From: Desulfarculia bacterium
GTDB taxonomy: Bacteria > Desulfobacterota > Desulfarculia > G963662305
Length of the DNA stretch: 64,000 nt
NCBI GenBank assembly: GCA_963662305.1
Contig: OY759351.1
Location: 800,396-864,395 of the forward strand
Direction of reading: 5' to 3'
Translations under genes and position numbers: made by a program
Notes under the pieces: generated by a model
What the model saw: the letters and a program-made list of their open reading frames with translations, nothing else
Told to the model about the DNA's origin: nothing
The model's database searches: none
Shown: one piece after another, positions 57,640-64,000 of the stretch
Layout of the letters: each line of letters begins with the position of its first letter
Numbering within the stretch: the stretch's first letter is position 1

Positions 57640-58135
57640 GAGAATGCAAGGGGTTAGCCGACATCGGCTGACCCTTTCTTTTTGCAGAAACACTCTCTGT
57701 CCCCCACCTGTCCCCCGTTTTCGGGCCACGAAGGAAAAAAAGACCCGCCCCCGAAGGGCCGGGCCGGTGGGGGTGGTTATGCCTGGCCGGTGGCTTCCGC
57801 CTGGATCTCCGGGCCGGGGGTGGGGGTGGGGTGGGCCCGCCTTGGTTCATCGTCAAGGTCAAGGGCCTCCTGGGCCGCGTGGGCCATCTCCCGGCCCCCA
57901 CCTCCTCTCCTGGCCGGATCTCCTGCCGCCATGGCAATAAAAAAAGCGCCCCAAGGGATGGTCCGGGCCGTGACACCCGCCCGGATAAAATCCGGGGTCC
58001 CTTGGAGCGCTGATTGAAAGACGGTCTTTGTCACGGTTTGACCTTCTGCTATGTTCTGTCTACACTAATACATCATTAATAATCTACATGTCAACCCCTG
58101 TTGTTTCTTTTTCCTTGTTGTGCTATCAAGTACCT

Positions 58136-58309
58136 ATGGATCAAGAAAGAAAAGGCTATCACACCAATATCAGGGCCGACCTTATTAAGGCCCTCCGTAT
58201 TCTGTCTATTCAGGTTGATAAAAGACACAATGACCTCTTAGAGGAAGCCATCCAGGACCTACTTACCAAGTACGGTTGGAAAGCTCCCCAGAAACCCGTC
58301 TCAGACTGA
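58136..58309 (+). CDS. Ribbon-helix-helix (CopG/Arc-like) small DNA-binding protein
   Basis: 57 aa. The pattern KGYHTNIRADLIKALRILSIQ..DLLEEAIQDLLTKYG fits a beta-strand plus two helices as in RHH proteins. Confidence 0.5.
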   Translation: MDQERKGYHTNIRADLIKALRILSIQVDKRHNDLLEEAIQDLLTKYGWKAPQKPVSD

Positions 58310-58316
58310 CCCGGCC

Positions 58317-59162
58317 CTAATCTCCAACCCACCCCCCGACCCAGGCCGAAGGCAGGGCGTTAATCAAACCCTCCCGCTCCTGATCCGGCAACTCCCATAG
58401 AAACTTTAGGCCGCTTCTGTCCTCAACATCCTTGATCTTTACCAGATGGGTGGAAACCTTTGATTTCCTGTCGGTGTCCTGGCCCATGATGAAAGCCGCT
58501 GCCCTGGTCTGCTCGCCGTCCTCAATTACGATGATTTTCCAAAAACCGCTTGGCACCTTATGGGCTTCCCCGGCATTTGACAGGGCTGGCATGTCGCCCT
58601 CATAGAGGGGCCCGGTCATCACCCACACCTCCTGATACTTGACCACAAGGTTCCGTACCGCGCCCTCAAGCCTCATCCACGGCCCACCGTTCAGGGCGGA
58701 TTTCTGGGGAGTAATGTTGCTGTAGAAGTTGACCTGAGAGGCATAACGGGACCCCTTGAAGGATGCCAAGGGGGCAAGGTGGCCCCGCTGATAGTCACTC
58801 TCCTTATTGGCCTTGAAGTAGTCGTCCTTTTCCTTTGTCCCAGCCTCAAGGGTCTCATTTTCGGCCAGCCATGGGTCAGTATGCCATCCCCGCTCAAGGT
58901 CCAGGGTCCCCATGGTCTCGTGTGGGGTGAGCTTGTAGCAAACCCAGTCCGCGAACTTGGTTTCATCGTTGGAACTTAAGGCATACAGGTCCCTAATAAC
59001 CAGGTCGTTGGTGGCGGGTGAGTTCAAGGGGTAGCCGTGGGTGAAGTGCTTACAATGGATCTCGGGTGGGGTTGTGTCCGCGAGGCAAGGGCTTATGGGG
59101 TAGACAAGGAGCAGGATCAGAAGAACGGCTCCGGGCAAGGCAAATGCTTTTAGTCTCTTCAT
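58317..59162 (-). CDS. Secreted DNA/RNA non-specific endonuclease (NucA/EndoG-like)
   Basis: Signal peptide MKRLKAFALPGAVLLILLLV. Catalytic-type motif YQRGHLAPLA. GGGAGG RBS before ATG 59162. Confidence 0.75.
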   Translation of the reverse strand: MKRLKAFALPGAVLLILLLVYPISPCLADTTPPEIHCKHFTHGYPLNSPATNDLVIRDLYALSSNDETKFADWVCYKLTPHETMGTLDLERGWHTDPWLAENETLEAGTKEKDDYFKANKESDYQRGHLAPLASFKGSRYASQVNFYSNITPQKSALNGGPWMRLEGAVRNLVVKYQEVWVMTGPLYEGDMPALSNAGEAHKVPSGFWKIIVIEDGEQTRAAAFIMGQDTDRKSKVSTHLVKIKDVEDRSGLKFLWELPDQEREGLINALPSAWVGGWVGD

Positions 59163-59357
59163 GGCAAAACCTCCCTTTAAAAGGTTCCATAGGCTGTTGA
59201 TGATCATTACCAGAGGTTACCCCGCAGGCCCATTTTTAGTCCACCCCATACGGAGTCCGGCCTCCGTATTTGCCCTGTAAGGGCCGATCTCCTTTTTACC
59301 CTTACTTCGGGTATAGGTCGGGTCGAGAAAAGGGCTCCTGGGAAAAATAACACTGGC

Positions 59358-59741
59358 TCAATTGCCCCTGCTGGCCCTTTTGGGTCGTATCGCTGCCATG
59401 GTTTCGGAGTCTGCCCCCACTCCCTTCCGCTTCGGATTCTTCCCAAACCGGAATTCAAAGACCGGACAACCCGGCTCACCCTCGGCCAGGCCCGGCCCGG
59501 ACGTGCAATCCTGGACCGCCTCGGCCGATCCGTTCATACACTCCAGGCAATGCTTCCGAATCGCCCTCAACCTGGAAGGCCGGTCAAAGGGGATGGTCCC
59601 CAGCCGGAAGGGATACAAGGCGCAGTCGTGATCCGTGCAAACCTCAACCTCGCTCCGATGGTAGCCTACACACTCCAGGCATTTGGCCCGAATGGCGAGC
59701 ATGTAGGTTGATATGTTCATGTCCTGTCGGTCTGTTGTCAT
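59358..59741 (-). CDS. Tandem Cys-rich (zinc-ribbon-like) small protein
   Basis: Two repeats: IRAKCLECVG..C..C.LYPFRLG and IRKHCLECMNG..C..GCPVFEFRFGKNP. GGGAGG RBS. ATGA overlap with a possible upstream 72-aa basic ORF. Confidence 0.6.
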   Translation of the reverse strand: MTTDRQDMNISTYMLAIRAKCLECVGYHRSEVEVCTDHDCALYPFRLGTIPFDRPSRLRAIRKHCLECMNGSAEAVQDCTSGPGLAEGEPGCPVFEFRFGKNPKRKGVGADSETMAAIRPKRASRGN

Positions 59742-59974
59742 GGGGTAAACCTCCCTTGTGGGGCTCTCCGGAAAGGGCTCCATCTCTCAGGATCGCTTTT
59801 CTTGGTTTGGGGTATAGGTGGGTTAGGGTCGGCCCGTGATCGCCTCACCTGGGCCGGTTCTGTTGGCCAGGCTGGGCGCTGTGGCTTAATTCGGTTCTTC
59901 CTCGGTCCTGGCCCTTGCTCCGTGGCCTCCAGCTTGGCTTGACCGCGGCCGGTCATTTTGACCTTACCCGTGCA

Positions 59975-60103
59975 AGGGCAGACCTTAGGGCATACCTCAA
60001 GGGCACACCCCCAATCATCAATAAATGCAATGAATACAGGCTATTGCCTGGGTATAAAAATCAGTAAGGGCATACCCCAGGGGCAGACCTTCGGGCACAC
60101 CTC
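59975..60103. repeat. Iteron arrays: two clusters of three direct 12-13-nt repeats flanking an AT-rich spacer
   Basis: Units AGGGCAGACCTT, AGGGCATACCTC and AGGGCACACCCC (59975-60011), and AGGGCATACCCC, AGGGGCAGACCTT and CGGGCACACCTC (60067-60103). 55-bp spacer containing TATAAA. Confidence 0.75.
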
Positions 60104-60194
60104 ACAAGTTAAACCATTAGAATTAAAAATGATTTTGGCCCCTAATAATGGTTTACAATAATGTATATACTAAGGCCCTTTCTTGAACAGTGAT

Positions 60195-60629
60195 TTAGTT
60201 ATCCAGATACCCCTTTGCCCTGGCCTCGGCCTCCAACCGCAGGAGCGCCCCGGCCAGCATCCGACCGAATGCCTTTCGATAGGTGTCCATCTGGGCACGG
60301 GTCGGTTCCTTTGTTCCCTTGTGTAGGGTGGCCTCAATAACCTGGTTCCACCGCTTACCCCGTAGCCATGGTTCGTCATCGCAAAAGACCAAGCTGAACA
60401 AAAGCAGCTGCTCCAGGTCGGTCAGGGTGGCCACTACCGCGCCGAAGCCGGTCAGGCCGAAGGGTCCCGGTGGTTGGGCTGTCTTGTCCGGCCTTATGCC
60501 GAGCTGGCCGATATACTCCAGAGCCCCGGAACGGCTCTTAGCCGTGCCCGCCGTGGATATCCAATTGGCCCACTTGAAAAACAGGTAGATTAGGCGGCTG
60601 TTCAACTGCTTGGGGTAGTCGGTTCTCAT
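60195..60629 (-). CDS. Hypothetical protein
   Basis: 144-aa ORF with no recognised motifs. Lies in the mobile-looking region upstream of the iteron arrays. Confidence 0.45.
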   Translation of the reverse strand: MRTDYPKQLNSRLIYLFFKWANWISTAGTAKSRSGALEYIGQLGIRPDKTAQPPGPFGLTGFGAVVATLTDLEQLLLFSLVFCDDEPWLRGKRWNQVIEATLHKGTKEPTRAQMDTYRKAFGRMLAGALLRLEAEARAKGYLDN

Positions 60630-60693
60630 TGTGAGATATTGCCTCCCGTGATCGTCCTGGCCATGGCCCGGCAGGGTGGGTTATCCTCTTGTA

Positions 60694-61248
60694 ATGGAAC
60701 CCGGCCGCAAGGAAAGACCGATCCGCCCCCGGGGCTTGCTCCTCCAGGCAACCCTTATCTGTCTGGTCTTGGGTCTGACAACTACCTGTTGGGCTGGCCG
60801 CTCCTGGTGGGGAGTGGTGGTCCGGGTAATCGATGGAGACAGTATTGTTGTCCGGGATGAAGCCGGTCAGGATATCCGGGTTCGGCTTATAGAGATAGAC
60901 GCGCCCGAGCTGGACCAACCCTATGGTAAGACCGCCGCCGAAAGCCTCCGGTTACTGATCCAGGGTAGGCGGGTCAGAATAGCCCCCCGGGGTAAGGACC
61001 GAAACGGCCGCCTCCTGGCCGGGGTCTACTCAGAACATGGCCTCTCGCTCAACCTCCACCTGATAGAAATGGGCCATGCCTGGTGGTTCAGGAAATACGC
61101 GCCTGAATGCGGGGTCTGTGAGCATGAAGAGAAAAAAGCCCGGAAACAGAAACGGGGTCTCTGGGCTCTGCCCAATCCTATCCCGCCCTGGCTATGGCGG
61201 AAGGGGGTCCGGGCCAGTATACAGACCGCTCTCGCCCGACCGCGTTAG
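60694..61248 (+). CDS. Thermonuclease (staphylococcal nuclease, SNase-like) family protein, membrane-anchored or secreted
   Basis: VIDGDSIVV..IRVRLIEIDAPE..GRLLAGVY..GLWA pattern of the SNc domain. Hydrophobic N-terminus LLLQATLICLVLGLTTTCWA. Confidence 0.8.
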   Translation: MEPGRKERPIRPRGLLLQATLICLVLGLTTTCWAGRSWWGVVVRVIDGDSIVVRDEAGQDIRVRLIEIDAPELDQPYGKTAAESLRLLIQGRRVRIAPRGKDRNGRLLAGVYSEHGLSLNLHLIEMGHAWWFRKYAPECGVCEHEEKKARKQKRGLWALPNPIPPWLWRKGVRASIQTALARPR

Positions 61249-61763
61249 GGTTTAGGCTCTTTAACCAGTTCCGGGGTCTTCACCCAAACCGTTCCCGCGC
61301 CTGCGATTGCAATGCTGAGTACGACTGCTTCCGGCCTTTGATTTGCCTGTAAAATGAATGGGGTCTTGATAGTGGTCCAACCGGTATCTCCTGACACTGC
61401 ATTCTTTAATCCCCGGGAGAAGTACTCACCTTTACCGGGAAATTGACACCACATCTCAAGATAGGCCTTGCCCTGTAAGCCTTGGCTTTTCACTTGGGCC
61501 TGATAGATCAACACGCAATCTTCAGCATTGGGATTGTTCACGACTCCAAGGCATATTGTCGCTGGCCCTTTTGTGGTTATTCCAATCTCTCCCCCGGCAC
61601 CCTTGATGACCGTTCCCAAGCTTGCGGGGTCATCCAGATTCAGACAGGCCAATTGGTTCTTACCCGCCCTTGAATCAGCTTCCCAGAGGATCAAGACGCA
61701 AAAAACGATCAGGGCTCTTGAAGCCCTTACCCAGAACCCAACCGTTTTGGATCGATAGGCCAT
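61245..61763 (-). CDS. Hypothetical membrane-anchored or secreted protein
   Basis: N-terminal hydrophobic helix ALIVFCVLILW, then a beta-rich domain. Its stop overlaps the SNase stop region (convergent). Confidence 0.5.
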   Translation of the reverse strand: MAYRSKTVGFWVRASRALIVFCVLILWEADSRAGKNQLACLNLDDPASLGTVIKGAGGEIGITTKGPATICLGVVNNPNAEDCVLIYQAQVKSQGLQGKAYLEMWCQFPGKGEYFSRGLKNAVSGDTGWTTIKTPFILQANQRPEAVVLSIAIAGAGTVWVKTPELVKEPKP

Positions 61764-62093
61764 CGGATAAAACCCCCGTCTTGAACGCCTTGTGATCTTT
61801 GCGGCTCCATTGATCGTAATCAGAATATGGAAAAGGTCGGGGCTGGTCAACTACGGTTTACGCAACCGCTTTCCACCTTTTCTCCGCATCACGGACAAAC
61901 TTCAACAGCAGGTTCCCCACTACTCGGACCACATACTCCCGGCTAGGGCAAATGAAGACAGGTAGGTTTTATCGGCTCGAAAAAACAAGTAGAGATTGAA
62001 CCGACGCATTGGGGTTTAGTGGGGAATGGACAGGACTTAAAATTAGCCCAAAATAGAGTGTTGCTTGGTTGTTTAGGGAAGGGTTGGTGATGA

Positions 62094-62861
62094 TTACTGA
62101 AGTCTTAGCTCCTGAATAATCAAATCCATAGTATTATTTATAAAATTCAATGTATTCTTTAAGGCCAAATTAATAAATTCAACCGAGAATAACATCTCGC
62201 CCGGACTCTTCCCAAAGTGATTAAATGATAGCTTTTGGGATCCATAGTATTCATCATATGGTTTTTTAATCGCACCGATAAATCTTGCTTCTATGGTATC
62301 TTGATCTAAGTATTCGTCACCAATTTCCTCCCAAATTTCCCTCCATGTCGAATGATTTACTATTTTATCATTCGGCCGATTGGCATGATGAACGATGCAA
62401 TTTCTGATATTGTTAAGAGAACGAATTTCTGTCCACAGTTGGTTTTCATGGGTCAAATCAATTCCTAATACCTTGGTAATGTACCTTCTATGCCTATCAA
62501 GCCCTCTGCCTGCCATATCACTGAGGTTCAAGGCAAGAGACCGTTCTTTTTGTACTACATCACAAAGTCTGTTGAACGCCCTCTCGGAGGCTGCCCATAT
62601 CATTACAATCATTGATCTGCATGCCATTTGAGCAAAACTATGTGTAATTAAATGGTGTTCGCCCGCCAAGTCCTCAGAATATAGTTCAAAATCCTCTGGA
62701 CTCAATTCCTGTTTAGCTCTTTCAGCCATATTTCGGATAATGACACTTTCACTTTTAATGTTTCGAATAATAAAATCCCTAAATTCCTGAAAATAATCCC
62801 AGTCATGCGAGATAGTATCTCTTAAATACCTTATCTTAGATAGCCTCAATCGCATTTCCAT
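62094..62861 (-). CDS. HEPN-domain protein (Rx4H motif; RiboL-PSP/Abi-like)
   Basis: NNIRNCIVHH fits the HEPN Rx4-6H RNase motif within an all-helical protein. Very AT-rich gene in a high-GC genome. Confidence 0.55.
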   Translation of the reverse strand: MEMRLRLSKIRYLRDTISHDWDYFQEFRDFIIRNIKSESVIIRNMAERAKQELSPEDFELYSEDLAGEHHLITHSFAQMACRSMIVMIWAASERAFNRLCDVVQKERSLALNLSDMAGRGLDRHRRYITKVLGIDLTHENQLWTEIRSLNNIRNCIVHHANRPNDKIVNHSTWREIWEEIGDEYLDQDTIEARFIGAIKKPYDEYYGSQKLSFNHFGKSPGEMLFSVEFINLALKNTLNFINNTMDLIIQELRLQ

Positions 62862-62958
62862 TCCTATACTTACCCTGTCGTTGGTCTATTGTGATAAAGA
62901 AACGCCCCGCTTTAATGTGGGTAAAGCAGGATTTAATTGAAGATGTAAAAACCGTGAG

Positions 62959-63264
62959 TTAGTTTTGTCTTGCCGGGGGGTCAACCAAACCTTTCTCAAT
63001 CAGAATCATTTCGTATTTTGATCTACTAAGAGGGCATTTAACAAGGCCGTGAAATTCATTTCGGTTTAATTTACATTGTCTTTGCATGGCAGAAAGCAAT
63101 CCATGCGAAATGTCCTTGTTTCCGCTCCCATGGGAAATCTTTGTGCGTACTGGACTCTTTCGGCCTTCCTGGGAATAATATATGAAATATGAATGATCAT
63201 TTTCTGACTTAATGAAGCCCTTACTTTTTAGGGCCGATTCTATCTCACGTGCCTTAAGAGCCAT
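62959..63264 (-). CDS. HicA-like small toxin-type protein
   Basis: 101 aa. AREIESALKSKGF....KISHGSGNKDISHGLLSAMQRQCKL resembles the HicA/YcfA fold pattern. Start trimmed to ATG 63264, overlapping the upstream ORF by 11 nt. Confidence 0.45.
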   Translation of the reverse strand: MALKAREIESALKSKGFIKSENDHSYFIYYSQEGRKSPVRTKISHGSGNKDISHGLLSAMQRQCKLNRNEFHGLVKCPLSRSKYEMILIEKGLVDPPARQN

Positions 63265-64000
63265 CCTCCACCTCTTCAAATGTAGCCAGAAGTTCTTCAC
63301 GAAGTTTCTTTGCCGCTTCTGTGAGTAGTTCAGGATCAGCCATTGCATATTCTTGCCAAAGCATCGCCATTTCCTCTTGAAGGAGCATTTCGAGTTGAGG
63401 CTGAGTTTCAGCATAAAGATACACATCAAACGGGCCTATTAATTCATATGATAAAATGTCATTATCAAACCTTACATTAAATACCGGGGGCTTTATGGCG
63501 TGCAATGTTATGCTATTTGAATCAAACGATTGCATTTCAATTGGGCTTTCATCAACCTCTATTACTTCATCTACGTCCGAAATAGAAACAGGTCCGGCAT
63601 CGTCAAATGTAACATTGCCGTGAACTTGTATCATCTCACGCGGGTGATCAAGCAAAACAGGCTCAAAGTCGTCACCATAGGTTGCATCTAACGCCCTACC
63701 GGAAATCGGCATTTTTAAACGAAGTCTGCGCTCCTCAAATTTCATTTCGATCAATACGCCGGTAACGTAGGCTAATGTTGCCTCCGGCTCCGGTTCGGGT
63801 CTTATACGAAGGCGTGTGATACTATCGCGTGCCTTTTTACCGCTTAGTATTCTCTCTCTTTTATGGTCTTCTATATTTACTACAACCCCGTAGCGCCTAT
63901 GGGGAATCATAGAATCAAATGCGGAAACAACATTCTTGCGGAAAGACTCTTCCGGTATTTCTCTTTCGAGATCTTCTTTGTCCCCGCTGTCAATTACACG
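63254..64000 (-). CDS. Hypothetical protein, 5'-truncated by window edge
   Basis: The reading frame stays open from 63910 up to position 64000 (no stop in the 30 codons upstream of the track Met). Acidic C-terminus. No family recognised. Confidence 0.55.
   Translation of the reverse strand, partial: RVIDSGDKEDLEREIPEESFRKNVVSAFDSMIPHRRYGVVVNIEDHKRERILSGKKARDSITRLRIRPEPEPEATLAYVTGVLIEMKFEERRLRLKMPISGRALDATYGDDFEPVLLDHPREMIQVHGNVTFDDAGPVSISDVDEVIEVDESPIEMQSFDSNSITLHAIKPPVFNVRFDNDILSYELIGPFDVYLYAETQPQLEMLLQEEMAMLWQEYAMADPELLTEAAKKLREELLATFEEVEDGS

Noticed and set aside
57777-58034. 85-aa minus-strand ORF next to tRNA-Arg.
   Set aside because: It has a GTG start without an RBS. Its 5' third is a long hairpin followed by a T-run, which looks like a terminator. 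The rest is Gly/Pro/Ala low-complexity sequence encoded by the G4-type repeat.
59958-60161. 67-aa + strand ORF with repeated GQTLGHTS/GQTFGHTS peptides.
   Set aside because: The peptide repeats are simply the translation of the DNA iterons. There is no RBS. The region is better explained as a protein-binding repeat array.
61860-61995. Short minus-strand reading frame ending ...REYVVRVVGNLLLKFVRDAEKRWKAVA*, possibly the C-terminal remnant of a degraded gene.
   Set aside because: It is under 40 codons of open frame with no recognisable motif, which is insufficient to call a pseudogene.
57563-64000. Looked for a direct repeat of the tRNA-Arg 3' end (att site) and an integrase to delimit the island.
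   Set aside because: Neither was found within the window, so tRNA-targeted integration remains an inference and the island boundaries are not claimed.

Overview
High-GC bacterial chromosomal window that is mostly housekeeping and anaerobic energy metabolism. It carries formate-THF ligase, NfnAB, HdrA-like/MvhD-fusion genes, an octaheme cytochrome c, a TRAP transporter, Lon, LarC, ThyX and TrpB2. This gene content suggests a Desulfobacterota-like anaerobe, but that is inference only. The long ORFs antisense to real genes in the six-frame track are high-GC artefacts. Many track ORFs also have spurious N-terminal extensions, which I trimmed to starts with an RBS or a 4-nt overlap. Accessory content is concentrated in four places. 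(1) A bipartite palindromic REP-like repeat family sits 3' of genes, and next to two copies lies a conserved non-coding element of about 300-400 nt, present twice in inverted orientation with a compensatory stem change. (2) An IS1380-family insertion lies directly upstream of a two-component/ABC-exporter operon. (3) An AT-rich non-coding pocket downstream of the trpB2 operon contains a sigma54-like promoter followed by an orphan terminator, which makes a candidate sRNA. (4) From about 55.4 kb to the window end there is a compositionally foreign stretch around tRNA-Arg(ACG). It has tandem XRE-cupin regulators plus Nudix, two secreted nucleases, iteron arrays, a HEPN protein and a HicA-like pair. 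No CRISPR array or rRNA was seen. I did not recognise a complete known defence system. The candidates above are the best leads, and all need computational or experimental confirmation.
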